This document shows positions 25,300-38,700 of a stretch of 64,000 bases of DNA, piece by piece. Under the pieces are notes generated by a model. The model was not told the origin of the DNA and ran no database searches. It saw nothing but the letters and a program-made list of their open reading frames with translations. Source of the DNA: Amoebophrya sp. A120. Its lineage: Eukaryota > Protista > Dinoflagellata. Every line of letters starts with the position of its first letter. Positions within the stretch are counted from its first letter, which is position 1. A program made the position numbers and the translations under genes. The stretch covers positions 4,775,394 to 4,839,393 of the forward strand of contig CAJINV010000005.1 in assembly GCA_905178155.1 (NCBI GenBank). The letters run 5' to 3'.

Positions 25300-26970
25300 C
25301 GGCCCAAGCATGCGCAGCGGCGCAACGGCCGGGCTAGAGCCGAGCGCGCCGGCGCTGCAGGTTGCCCTCCTTCACACATGGGCAACCGAAGGAAGCGGGC
25401 CACCCATAGGCCCGCACGCGGGCCGACCGAGTAAAACCGGGGAACTAGCCCTAGCAACATGTAGTGGGGCCATTCTGAACGGCGCGGGCACGGACGAGAG
25501 TAGCCAGGCTGGCCGCCCATCTTGTGGGCAACGCCCGCGGCGCGAGGCGCAGGCAGGCGCCCACGCCGGGCGTCCCTGCCAGCCCGGGGGGCGGGGCCGG
25601 CCCGGATCGATGGACGCGACGCCGCCGCGGCGCCATAAATCTGGGGCGCAGCAACGAAAGGCGGCCCCCACCCAAGGGCGGACGGGCTTCCCGGGCTAGG
25701 CCCCCTCGCACTGGCCCGGCGTGCCCCGGCCCCTTCCTTTTATTTTCCGGCGCGGCGGGCTAGCTTCCTCGCGGAATAGCGCAAACGCCGGAAATTCAAG
25801 GCGCTTAGTGAAGGAGGGGCTGAAGTCCGGGGCCAGCGCGCTCTGCCCCCGACTGCCCCGCGGTCGGAATCGGCTCCGGCCCCTATTTGCGCCCCCTGCC
25901 GATAGTCATCGGGCGCGCCCTCGGTGAATAGATTCCGGCAATACACAAAGAAGCGCCAAGGACCAACCGAATGGCCCAAGCCAGACAGCACCGCTTTGGC
26001 CCCCCGCGCCGTTCTATCATCGAGCACCTAAACAAACCATAACATTAGCAGTGAAATTCGCACGGGCACGCTCCTCTGACGTTCACTGCGCAGCACTGCT
26101 CCTACTCAAGTCGTCACATCACTCTGCAAGCGGTCCCACGCAGAGTTTTCTGCTGTTTTCCTCAGTTTCACTGGTCACTGTAGCTTCCCTCCCTCCTATC
26201 ACTCCAAAGCGACGTCGAGAGCGGATGTATAATTCACGAACACCAGCCTCGGCGGCCGTCGCGTTTTGCAAGAGTCCGTCGCGCTCTTTTTCCGTGTTCA
26301 ACTTCACTGAACCCATTGCGCTAAGCAAAGGCCCACGCCCCTGCCCTTTACAGGATTTGGCACAGGAAGCAGGGGCCGGCGTCGGGGGCGGCACAAACTC
26401 AGGCGCGGTGGCAGATCTTTGCCTAAGGCGCATAATACGAAGCGCGCGCGCGAGAAGCCTAGCGCGGCCCGGGTGCGCTGTCGTCGCCTCAATGCGAGCG
26501 TGTGCGGCATAAATAAGAAGCCAGGTCGGACCTGGAGTCGCCCGCCACAGAAACAGGCAGGGGAGGGGGCATACGCACGCGGGCCCTGTTCAATGGCGGG
26601 CCGGGCATCGTGCCCGGCCACTCACGTGCCAGGGCGACGGCCGCCCCGCATATGCGCCTAGCCCGGGCCGCCAGGGCGGGCCAGCGAAAGGGGTGGCCAC
26701 CCACCCGGCAGGCCTGCGGCCGCGCCAATGGCACGCACTGGCGTTATCTGGCGGGCCAGGCCTTTGCGCCGTCGCCTCGCCGAGTCTCTGCGTGGGGGGA
26801 TGCTTCGCCTCCCTCTCTGCGACCTCGCTGGGCGCTCCGCGCTTGTGTCCGTCATCTGCTGCAGGCCGTCCGTTTTCTCATTGTAATCGGACGACCCGAC
26901 GGGGCCTTGGCTGGCATCAACATCTTCGAGGCCGGGCTTCCTAAACAATACAGCGCTCAACAAGCGGCGC
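25300..26970. other. Two GC-rich non-coding blocks upstream of CFAP119
   Basis: Sharp compositional shift at about 25300-26020 and 26330-26970; no credible ORF. Confidence 0.6.
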
Positions 26971-27407
26971 TATGAAAAAGAACCAAAAGCCACTCCTTCC
27001 CTGATACTCCGAAACACTTTTGCCACGCCAAAAGCCTGACCAGTCTCACTCTGCTCAACTACTTACTCATTGACAAACTTCCCTCAGTGCTGTTGTTCTA
27101 CGACCTCGCGTTGCTTCCGCTCGTCCTGCTCACGGCTCTCTTGCTGATTTCCCTCAGTTCAGGTTCGAGATGAGGGGAAACATGAAGCCTCGGACTCTGC
27201 TGTACACGCACGAAGACAAAAGAAAACCACGTACAGAACAGCAGCAAAATCAGGAGGCTCGCCACGTCACGTGCTTATTTAAAAGCATGACTCTCTGTCT
27301 ACTGGTCAAATTTCTTCTGTGTGTAGTTCGATGCCTCTTTTTGAAGGAACTCACGTGCGACTACTTGTACTTATCTACACCCGCAACAAGAAGCGTCAAG
27401 TTCAACA

Positions 27408-27936
27408 TCAATTATCCTTCTTGGAAGAACTCGTCGCGTTTACCTCCCCAAAGTACTCTTCATCATTGTCATAACTATATCTTTCCCGATCCGCTGCAGG
27501 CTGCCACTTCAACGGGTCCTGCATGTACCACGGCCAGGACGGGAGACAGGCGACGGTGGCGAGCGCGCAGCCGATGAGTGTTGCGTAGAAGCAGTAGATG
27601 AAGGACTGTTCCCAGAAGCCGTAGAGAAAGCCGAGCGTGGAAAAACCGTAGATGAGCATACTCTGGAGGTCGTATCTGTTGATGGGACGAGATAGGGAAG
27701 TTTGGTTGGATTATTGATGGACTTTGTCTTGTTGCACGACTTGCTCAGCTACAAGCATCAGAAACGACCATTGTCATGATGGGGGTCATGCAGAATCAAC
27801 GAAGCATGCTTCGAACGATCATGAATATGAAAGCAAAAATAATCTAAACGGTATTTTCAAAATTATACGCGTTCTTCTGTCCGACGAAGTCCATTTCGTC
27901 GCTCGTGAGCGCATCGTAGTACTTTTGGAAACTCAT
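27408..27936 (-). CDS. SPCS1: Signal peptidase complex subunit 1 (SPC12)
   Basis: MDFVGQKNA|YDLQ...GFLYGF...LPSWPWYMQDPLKW; one GT-AG intron at 27676-27868. Confidence 0.9.
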
Positions 27937-29054
27937 TTTGTCGCTTGTTGTCCTGCGGTGCTTCTCGGGTCACTGGTATATTTGTCGTTGCTGTCGCTTT
28001 ATTTTTCCCTGTCGTGCTGCTCTTGACTCACCACAGTGCGATGCTCGAACTGTGCTATCTTTCTATCTTGTTGCTTTTCAGACGTCGCTGCAACGGTTGT
28101 TCTGACGTGAGGTTGTATTTGTGAAGATGTTGAAATTGCTTGTCAAGGCTGACTGCCACTGCTGTCTTTGTAGTTGTTGTGTTCCGCAGCAGCAGGTGTT
28201 TCTCTTTCTGCTTGTACTCGTACTTCTTTTGTCGCCAGTTTTTACTCAAAATGAAACTGTATCGGCCCGTGTCTTGTCGGCGAGGAGTCCTATTTCGCAC
28301 TCCAGCTACAACTGCGGTTTCATTCGTATCAGGAAAGCCACCACCACAACGTAAGGTCTCACTGATGTTTGTTCGCTAGATTTGTTTCTACTTGTTGCAG
28401 ATATTTGTGTGTTGAACAAAAATTTAAACTTCGACTCACATCATAGTACAGCATCAAAAACTCAATATGTTGTTGGAACCATCGCAATACTGCTCTGAGT
28501 CAAATCTTTGATGTTATGGAAAGGTTGCAACAGAAAATGTCGAAAAGTTCGTTCCGAGAAAGTAGATCCTCTATTACCATGTATGACCCGGAGTAGTAGA
28601 GCAGGTGGAACAAGTCTTCAAGCATGAAGATCGTGATTGTGCCGTGTGCCCGATAGACTTTTCGAGTTTCAAGTATAGCCTCCTCTTGAGGGCGTGCAGC
28701 GTGCAGCAAAAGTGATCCTTTCTACGGCTTGCTGTCACTCGTGAACACGAATAGGGTTTCATCATGCGAATCTCACATTTCTATTTCTTGCGCGCCGCAG
28801 CGTGTATGTTACAACGTAAAACTCTCACTGTAGTACAACGCTGAAGTACTAACTCATCTTCTTTTTTGTTCGAACTTCTCTTCCACTTCGAAACGTCAGT
28901 TGGACCGTGCTCTTTTACAGACCCATCATGTACTAGTACTCGTCAGATCACTAATTTTTGTTTTGCACAAAAACGAGCATGTATTCATATGATTTTCAAA
29001 AAACCTGAGACTCATCCCTCTCCACCTTCCCATCGACAAACCATCCCTCTCCTC

Positions 29055-30288
29055 CTACGGAAACGTTTTTTTCGTCAAAACGGAGTAAAAATCTTCAAAT
29101 GAAATCTCGCCGCCACTCCCCGACGAACTTCCATTGTTCTCGTTTCCGCTGTTGCTGGCCGCCCGTCGCACGATCTCCCGGATCTCTTCCATGGAGAGTC
29201 TCTCGCCTAATTCCCGGCACACCCGGTGGACGTCCTTCTCCGTGATCACATTTTTCCCCTCGATGTCGAAAAGCTGGAAAATTTTCGACACTTCCTCCTT
29301 GCTGATGGTCGAGGAATTTGGAATCAACTGCCCGTTCGCGCCCGTTATGCATCGCAAATATGTCCTAGTCTGGGGCTCGAACAACGATGCAGACTTGTGA
29401 TGCTGCGTCTGGAACAGACATAAACTACATCTGTGTTGCGTAGCGAGCAAGAGGTGCGCTCTGTTTCTTTGATGATTTAGAGCGTTTCTCATGCGGTCTA
29501 TGTGAGGAGATGAACCCTCCCTAGATGAAGAACTTGTGATGCTCCAGTAGAGCATGTCAGATGACCTTCTGTAATGTGCAAAAACTGCAAGACAAACACA
29601 CATATTTGCATGCGGTACCCGTTGCATTCGGCTGTACTTGAAAGGAGTCCTCCCGCATCAGATCGAGAAATTCTTCAAAATCCAAGCTCGCGGACCCGTC
29701 GCGGTCCAGCTCCTGGAGCATCGTGAAAACGGCTTCGTTTTTGGACTCGTATCCAAGAGACTGCATCGCATTGCGGAGCTCCTTCAGGTCGATCTGGAAG
29801 TGGGTTTGAAAGGGTGTAGCTTAAGTAGCTAGGTGTTTGCTTTTCGTGCATGAGAAACTCTTAACTCATGGGCATAAAGTTGTTGTTCCTCTGCATCACT
29901 AAACATCCAGCAGTCTCTTGCTTCGCAATAGCAGCTGCAACAACAAATGTAAAATTTGTGGATGAAACTACTGTTCAAACCTGTCCGCTCTGGTCCGTGT
30001 CAAACAGATCGAACGCTTCCCATCCTGTGCAAAAGTATCGCGCTCGTAGTAATTGCAATCATGCATTACAAATTTTTTTTCATTGCAAATTTTATTTCTC
30101 ATGCTGAGGAAATTTGTAATGCATTTGTACGAGTACGATACTTTCGCGTTGCATACTTCTTTTATCTCCTCGATCTCGTCCTGCTTCAACCCCGGTCTTT
30201 CGTACTGTCGCGGGTTCCAGGTGCTGTTCGGGTTGTTGCCGCCGGCGGTGGCGGCATTGTAGTTTCCGTGGCGGACGGAAGAGGACAT
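29055..30288 (-). CDS. Centrin (EF-hand)
   Basis: [32 protein letters not shown]...LDRDGSASLDFEEFLDLM...VCRELGERLS...GEISFEDFYSVLTKKTF; two TIR introns and one GT-AG intron. Confidence 0.92.
29346..29617. mobile_element. Introner, diverged family A-like
   Basis: TATGCATCGCAAATATGT...ACATATTTGCATGCGGTA; TSD CCCGT/CCCGT; frame restored. Confidence 0.8.
30021..30155. mobile_element. Introner family D
   Basis: Left end CATCCTGTGCAAAAGTATCG; TSD CTTCC/CTTCT; restores [10 protein letters not shown]. Confidence 0.9.
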
Positions 30289-30649
30289 GACTTAGTGTTC
30301 TTGTCGGAACGGAAGTAGTTCTTGCAAGAAGGGGACGGACTGAAATGAAGCGCAGCTTTGGAGAGTGGTTTGTGTATTGAATCCTCCTCGCCCTCAACAA
30401 AGCGCTACTGTTCTCTTATGAAGATACTTTCCCTCGAAGCCGCTCACTGCACGCAACAAAAGCTTGGTGGGAAGTGCGACTCTCGTTGTCCACGTTCTCG
30501 CCAGTGCGACGCTCAGTCGTTGGGAGAAAAGAACGATGATGACGAAAGTCAGGCGGTCAAGCGTGTTTGCCACGAAGAGCTGCTGGCGGGTAGAGTGATA
30601 CTCCGGCATTTCAATCGCCCACGGGAGGCAGCCTTGAAGCTCAGTTAGC

Positions 30650-31470
30650 AGGTGCCAGCCAGCCACCCCACACTGCGGCAGGCAAGAGCCCGCGCGGCCT
30701 GCGTGCAGCGGCAAACCTGCGCAACAGCCGGACCGGCCAGTCTGTCATCCCGGGCCGTCGCCGGGCGGCATCGCCACAGCAGCTGTGCCGCGCCAAGAAA
30801 AACAAAATGCCGCCGAACCCACGCCCGGCCGGGGCGGTGGGGCAAAAGCAGACGCCCACGCCCTCATTTGGCACAGGCGGCCCACGCGCCCGCTTGGCCC
30901 ACACGGGGGCGATTACCGCCGCGAGCTATGAGGGGGCGGCCCGCCTGCGGTACGCGAGCGGGCGCGGACCCTGCGCAGCGGGCGCGCTAACAAAGAAGCG
31001 AGGCCCGGGGCGGGCGCGCACGCGTATGGATGGGGGGCAAGGCAAGGGCGGGCGCAACCACGGGCGGCCCGGCTCTGCTTCGGGGCCATCGTGCTCGATC
31101 CGTGGCCTCATTGTTGATTGTGCGCGGACGCCCGGCATTCTAGATCGGCCTCGGTGGTTTTTTCTTGTGCCGGCCATGCTCGCCGGCAATGCTCGCCGGC
31201 TTGTGCGGACGGCTTCGCCCCCGCTCGCCCGAGCCCGTGCGTGGCCAAGACGCTGCGGCCGGCTCCCCTCAGCGCGTGCCGCCGACGGCAACAGCACGGG
31301 CGGGGGAACGCGGCACGCCGCGGGCAAAGGCGCGCAGCTGCGCCATTCCTTTACTTAGCGCCAGCCAGGCCGCCCCCTGGCGGCGAAAACAGATTCGCTC
31401 GGACTATCTAAGAGACCGCAAGCGGCGAATCAGAAGCGCGGGGCGTGAGAAGTTGGGAGCACGCGCGCCC
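30650..31470. other. GC-rich non-coding block upstream of centrin
   Basis: Compositional shift, followed on the right by a CT-rich tract. Confidence 0.6.
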
Positions 31471-31690
31471 CTTCCTCTGTCTCGCGTCCCTTTCTCTCTC
31501 CCTCCTGTCTCTCCTCCTCCGCAGCTGCGCAATCCCACGGAATCACTCAGCCTCCAAAAATCATCTTCGTCAGCACTGGTTCTGGAAAAAAATCTCTATC
31601 TGTACGAAATCAAGAACGCACACGCCTATTCGCAGTCAAAGTGTCTGCAGTTCTTCAGCTTTCAAGTTTTGAACCCAAACTTCACAATCT

Positions 31691-34600
31691 TCAGCCAGCA
31701 TTTTCCCTTGCCTGTTCCTCCTGAATCACCCACCAATCATCATCAGTCAATATTCCTTTCGTCTCTTCCACCAACGAGATAAAGTTGCTTTCTCTATACT
31801 GCTTGCGAACTGCCTCATCCACGGGAAGAACCCCACTACCATCCTCGTTTTCAACCTCTTCACTCCCCTTCTCCTCACTTCTCCTCTCCAGTTCCTGCAG
31901 TAACCTCCTGCCGTACCGCAGCTTCGCCTGTTGCAAAGCGGAAAAAAACCGGATTTCCCCATCAGAAAGCTCCGGGTGCCAGATGTCGACAATCAGGACT
32001 AGTCTCGTCGTTCTCCCGAAGTTCCAAGCCGAGTGGTAATACGAGTGGTCCCAGATGAAAGGTTCTCCATTCCTTGGCTGGATAATCTTGTTGCCCACCT
32101 GCAACGCGATAGGGAAGAGCTGCTTCTCCCTCTCCTCGATGTCGCATAGAGATTTGTTCTCTACTGCACCATCTTCACCAGCAGTGGTACCAGTTGCAGT
32201 TGTGGAAGAAGTTGACGCTGATACTGTTGATGTTCCAACTTTCCTACCATTCTTCGACCTCCACACCTTCGTGCCCAGAGCACGTGTTTCCTCCAACACA
32301 TACTCGTCTCCTTCCTCCACTTCCCTTGCTGCGCTATCGGCTTGAGGCTCAACCTCTGGATCCAAATTGCACCCGTCGAGCGGTAGCCAAACGCGCAACA
32401 TCCGATTGCTGGGGCCGAAGTGCGGGATGATCTTCGTCCCGGGCACCAACGCCGAGACGAACGCGTGGCTGTAGTGGTTCGGAAAAATGGTTTCGATTGC
32501 CTTTTTCGTTACTGGCAGTTTTTCTAAATTCTCCTCAAAGGCTTTGTGGTTCAGGTAAAGGTAAAAAACGTTCCACTGTCCGGAAGAAGTCGCGGTAATG
32601 CCGGGGAGTTTGGTTTTAGTTTCTGGCTCGACTTGATGTTCTCCTGCGGATGGTGCAGCACTGCTTGCTGTTTCTACTTCACTGATCTCTTTCGGGTCTC
32701 GGTAGGGCTGCCAGCCGGTCGTGGATTTTGAATCGGAAGATCTACCACTGCTACATCTTAACTGCAACACCTCTTCCCGGATTTTCGGGTAGATGTCCTG
32801 CAAATCTTGGTGTAATTTCTTCAGCTTCATCTCTGATATCGAGTCAGCAGCAGGTCCAGAAGATTCATTTCCGCTGGTAGCTGTTGTGTTTTCCATTTCA
32901 GCATGTTGAGAACTTGGCTCTTCCACGAGCCGTCGACGATCAATCTCCTCATCAAATGTTGGCCACACCTCAAAGTTTCTCTCCACCGGGAGCATATCGG
33001 AAGACAAAACCCGGCTTTCACAGCCGTGTCGCCAAATTTGGTTGTTCACCCGGAGTAGAAACCATTTCCGTAGAATTTTCGCGCACTCCGTTTCGCAGTG
33101 CAGTTTTTTCTCCAGGAACTTCAAACAGCCAAGCTTCACGATGTTCGTCACGTAGTGCTCGTCTAGGATTTCGTTTGCTTTCTTCATCACCTTCTTCTGC
33201 AGGAGCAGTTTGGCTTTCGACAATTCTTCGTCATCATCGTCGACGTCGTGTTTTGGTTTCTGTTCTGCTTGTCCTGAATGCAAGTGTTTGTACCGAGGGT
33301 TTGGGATCCAGGTGCTAGCAAGGTGGGCGCTACTTGTCCCTAGCTTACTCCCCGCTGCTCTTCCCCTGCTGCTCTTATCCTTCAATCTAACGAAAAACGG
33401 GTAGAAAAACGTCGTGTAGCTCAGATTCAGTGGTTTCTCCTTGTCAGCTGTGCTGCTGTGGTTGTCTTCGTGGTTAATGCGACTATCCGCATCACAAGTA
33501 GACGCTGGATTCCATGCCACCGCTTCGATCTCGTGCCACCAGCCCACGGGAATGTAGAGAAGCTCGCCCGGGTTTAGGTAGATGTCTTCGTACTGCCGAA
33601 GCTTTGCTATTCTGGTTTTTTCCTCCGATGTGATTGATGTAGTTGTAGTTTCTCCTGTTGCAGTAGTTCCTGCTCCCTCGTAGTCGAACGTCGCGTAGTT
33701 CGTCGTGATTATCGGATCTGCCGCCTCATCATGCACGTCGTCGCGCTGGAATTGATAATTTTTGTCATGCTGATGTTTTGCAACCACTGCTTCCCCTGCT
33801 TCATCTGGAGCTGCCTGATCTGGAGCTTCGACCATTTTATAAAACTTCTTCACCAAAATCACATCGTCTTCCACCAAATTCGCCGCGTCCAACGGTGGAA
33901 ACAAGCGTATCCTTTTCCGCCCGCTCAATTGTAAAAAGAAATTCTCCTGGTTATCGTAGTGGAGTCGAGATTTAGTTCCTTGTCCAAGCTATGAACTGCA
34001 AATATGTCTGGGTCTGGAAACTTGTAATGCTAAAAATTAAATGATATTCGCACTGCAATACGCAGCCAAGCATGACAAGTTTTGCGGGCTGCTAGGTGTT
34101 GCATGTTCCGCATGACAAACTGAGTTTTGCATGACATGCAAGAGAGCCTCTTCGTGCTCACGCAACACAGATTTGAGAGTCATGCCAGACAAGCATGACA
34201 AACTTGCATTCTTCCAGACCCAGACATATTTGCATTTGATACAAGCCAAATATCGTGATTTTTCACGTCAAGTGGGACATTGTTCAGGAGCTGTTTTTCC
34301 AAAACGTGAGAAAGCGGTCGTGATGCTGGTGATGTAGATGTTGCTGCACCCGCTGGTCTTCTTGGTCTTCCTGCATCACAAGTTCTTACCACAAGTTCTT
34401 CATCCTCCAGCTCATTCGCCTTCAGAAACCCAAAACACCGGTCCAAACAGCCAGCCCCGTCGGCGTAGAAGTGCGGAAGGCTGTTCAGGAAATCGGCGAA
34501 ACTCATTTCTGTTCTTCTCGCAGCGACGGCAAGGACTTTTATCCGTTTTTTGCAGTTTTCGTTTTGGTTTTGTTCCTGATCTGCGTTATAATTGCACCCT

Positions 34601-35330
34601 GCTTGTTTCTCCAACACTTCCTCTACATCTACAGACTTCCAGTCTTCAACCCGTTCCAGCCACTTGTCAACACCATGGGCTTTCACTTGCTGCGGAGCTA
34701 TAACCCGCTCAGGTGTTACAATCTCAAACGTTACAATAGAATCTGAGATTTGTCTTGCCTGATGAACATGACAGACTCGGACAGCATTCCACTTTCCGCA
34801 ATACAAATTTCGCCAGATTGTAGTGCGGATTGGGACTCCAGAACTTGTCATGCGCAATCCTATGAGAGTTAGGTAGATCATGCACTCTTGCATCACAGAT
34901 TTCCATAGTCTATTGTAACGCTTGAGATAGTAACACCTGAGCTGGTTATAGGCGCAACCTGGATTTTTTCCGCTCCGTACTTGTGTTTTAAAGTCTTTTT
35001 GTTGAATTTGTCTTTCAGTAGTTGCTCGTCGATCGGAAGGTTTGTGATCTTCACCGGCGTGTTTTCCATGATAAAAGACTCGAAGAAGGAAACTTTCGGC
35101 TTATTTGATGGTGCCGAGTCTTTGTCGTCTGCTGTAGCAGGATCAGCAACAGCATGAGAACAATCTACAAAGTCCGCGAAGTCCATGCAGGCGACCGTGG
35201 GTTTCTTCTGCGGAGCTACGGGCTGTGCTTGTTCATCTGCAACTTCTTCTTTCGCAACTGCTCCCTCCGCGCTAGAGGACGGCAGCGATTTCATTTCTCC
35301 GACAGGAGAAGTGTCAGGGTGGGCCGTCAT
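31691..35330 (-). CDS. JmjC (cupin-like) plus Asp/Asn beta-hydroxylase-domain fusion protein
   Basis: JmjC: IWLGQGTKSRLHYDNQENFFLQLSGRKRIRLFPP...PGELLYIPVGWWHEI. AspH-like: WNVFYL...SALVPGTKIIPHFGPSN...WDHSYYHSAWN...RLVLIVDIWHPEL. Two TIR introns. Confidence 0.85.
33990..34241. mobile_element. Introner family A
   Basis: TSD CAAGC/CAAGC; restores IWL|GQGTKSRLHYD. Confidence 0.92.
34699..34950. mobile_element. Introner family I
   Basis: TIR TATAACC.GCTCAGGTGTTAC.ATCTCAA.CGTTACAATAGA; TSD GGAGC/GGCGC; restores QVAP|QQVK. Confidence 0.9.
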
Positions 35331-35733
35331 TGTGTCAAAGTGAAAAACGAAAGGATGAAGGTAACTACTGAACAAGACCTGTACACTTCTTATTTCGACA
35401 AGAACCTCAATAGGAAAGCGACTTGTGAGGACAAAAATCTCCTGACAAAAGAAAAGTGTGATTCGAAAGCATGAATGAAAAACCAGGGAGCCGTTTGCTC
35501 TGCTTCTGCATTGCAAAGGAGCTACTGTATCCGCCGCGAACATTAGAGTCGTGTAATCATACTAGACACGTCGCTTGACAGCTGCAAAAGCAGGTCAATG
35601 TTCTTCAATCTTGTCTTCCTTCTCTACTTCGCTTTCCGCGGAAGTGAAATTTGTGTTGTGAATAGAAGAAGTCTACAGTTTTTGTCGTGCTAGAGCTACT
35701 TCTCCACTTGTGAGTTCCGCCTTCGCAGTCCAT

Positions 35734-38700
35734 TCAGAAAATTTCATTCAGCAGGTCGTCATCCAGCAAGCTGCTGCTATGCAATGTAAATTTCCCGTAC
35801 ATGTACAAAATGCATTACAAATTTCGCTAACTTGCAGTGTCCAACTTGTCATGCTAGACTAGGATTGAAGGCAAGTTTCATCATGCAGAGACTGCATTTG
35901 TACGTGTCGGGGAAATTTACTGTGGATAGCTGCCCTCCTCGTTCACCAACTCCGGCTGCACCACCGCTTATTGTGAGGAAAAATCCCCCCAGCACATATC
36001 AAAACGAAGTTTGTGATGCTGGATTTGCGTACACAAATCAGCTTTCTCTTGCAGGAAGTACTTGGCGGCATTTCCTAAGGCTGTTCGGGTATGCAGAAGG
36101 CTAGCAATAACGCATGGCAGACAGGTTTGCCGTAGTCGAAAGCGCATGACAGATTGGCTTTGGAATGCGCCACATGGCTCCTATTCGCCTATAGGCAAGA
36201 CAAAGATGATTTGTGACCACAAATTAGCATCACAAATTTTTATTTTCATATGGGGAGGGGGGATTTTTCGTGTTGATACCGGTATTCTAATCTCCATTAC
36301 TTTCTCCCCGGCGTCCCACTCGCACACGGCTTGCGAACTGCAGAATCCTTTCGCTAATGGAAACCACATCACCAGCGGCATGTACTTTGCTTCCTTGGAT
36401 AAAAACATCAGCCGAAATCCCTCGTCGCTGATGGTCAAATAGCACTGTTTCGCGATGTTCCACCTCTTCAGTTTCGGGAGAAAAATCCGGCACACGAAAA
36501 ACGGGAACTGGGTTTGTAACAACTGCTCCAGCATCTTTTCCCCTGTGGCTGTTTCCGAGTCCTCCTCATTTTTCACCCAGCCTTGTTTTTTCCGAAAATT
36601 CTCCGCAAAGGACTCTTTCGTGTTGTAACAGGGGAGATCGAAACCGTTTAGTCGGGTTTTTTTTGATGTAGTTGTTGATGTTGTGTCGTCTTGCTCGATC
36701 TCCATACTTCTATTTGTTTCTTCATCAATGTCCTCTTCCCGCGCGTAGTACCAAACTTCGAATTCTGGGCGTTCTATCACCTCGACTTTTTCTTTCGGTT
36801 TATTGTTCTCCGTTACTGCATCGCCGTCCCCGCCTATGCAAGAAAAAAACTGCGAGTACAACTCTGTAAAAATGCAGAACATGCAAAAGAGTTACAGCTG
36901 TCATGCCAGACAGCCATGAAGTCCTCTTTCCGTGCTGTGTATGTTCCCTTACAAGCCACGCATGACAGGTTTTCTCTATCATGTAGAGCAAAGCTGTAAT
37001 GCTGTCAGCCGAAGAAAGTATACACTGTAACACAGTTTTTTTCTTGGATACCGCCCACCCCGGAACTGGAGCTCCCTTCTTCTTGGATCTGCGACTTCTT
37101 GGTGACGCGGATTCTTTGGTACTGCAACGGGCCCTATCAAATGCAAATGTGTCTGGGTCTGGAAGAATGAAAGTTAGTTTGTCATGCTTGTCTGACATGA
37201 CTCTCAAGTCTGTCATGCACATTACCCAAGAGCCCCACTTTTCTGTCATGCAGAAGCTCACTCTGTCATGCAGAAAGGCCAAGACTGTAGGACCTCCAAA
37301 ACTTGTCATACTTGCCACCCAATTGAGGCGCCCTCGTCTTTCTCAACCAGCATCACAAGTTTCCAGACCCAGACATATTTGCATTTGATAGGCCCTTGTA
37401 CTTGATCTTCGGGTATTTGACGTTCTGCGTGTCTAATGCGCACTTATACTTCTGCTGGATGGCGTTGATCGCGAACTCTTGGACCATTAGCTTCGATATT
37501 ACAATGAAAAACGCCCCCACCCCAGCACTTGGCAGTATTTGTATTGCAAACCTTTCCAATGGAAACGTTCCCCGTCTTGCATATCTCAGCATCACAAATT
37601 TTTCATGCTGAAGAGCCCAAGTCTGTGTTGCAGAGGAGCCCAACAGCAGCCGCATCTGTTATGCAAAAGACACCTCACGCACCTAGATTCTGCATCAGAA
37701 AAGCTCGCAGTCCTTTCATGCAAGACAAAAGCCTTTCATTATCATTTGGAAACTTTGCATGACAAACTTTTGCAAATTCGGGGTTGGGGGCATTTTTCAT
37801 TGTAGTAATCGATTCCGCTTCCTTTTCGCAATTTTCCACCACCATGGGGTGCACAAGCACGTCGATCACGATGCAGGCTTCCTAGTGGGTTTGATCATTT
37901 TTGTGAAGTGCATATCAGATGAAGAACAACAAGGTTACCACGCATGACAGAGCAAGTTTTTCATGTAAAAAATTGCATGACAGAGTCCAGCCAAGTCTAA
38001 GCGTACCTTCTTCTTATCGAAATCTTCTATGGGCGGCCCCACAGACACGGGTATTCTCAACCCCTGCTCTATCACAAGAAAAAAGTGTTACAGTTACCCA
38101 TTTGTTGGAGTTTCTGCATCACAAATTTTCTCTATGTGGCAGAGAAAACTTGCAATGCGAATATCATAAGGGAAAACAGGAAGGAAACGAAGCCCCCAAG
38201 CATTTCCTGCATGAGAGAGGTTGTCTGTGTTGCCGGTCTTGCATAGACTATGTGTGTAACAACTGTAACACTTTTCTCTTGCGATATGCTCCTCTTCCGC
38301 ACTCCCGGTTTGCTCTGCCATCAGGGACTGCATGTGCTATGCATTGCAAACATGTCTAAGCCTGAAAATTTGTAATGCGAGGCTGGGAATAGTGAATGTT
38401 CTGTAATGCATAAGCAACCACGAGAAAAATTTGCGCGGTCGAGTCCAAGTATTGCGTTTTTCGCATGACAAAATGCAGGGCTGCATGACAAGCAAAAAAA
38501 TCTCTTCTTGGACACGCATCACAAAGACAAACGAAGATTTCTCTTCAGTCATGCCAGACAAGCATGACAAACTTGCATTCTGCTTCCAGAACCAGACATC
38601 TTTGCAATGCATATGTGCGGTTTCTCTACCATTTCGTGACTGCAAATGTTGATGAACAGCTTCGTCTGCGCTATCCTGTGCAAAAGTATCGCATTCGTCT

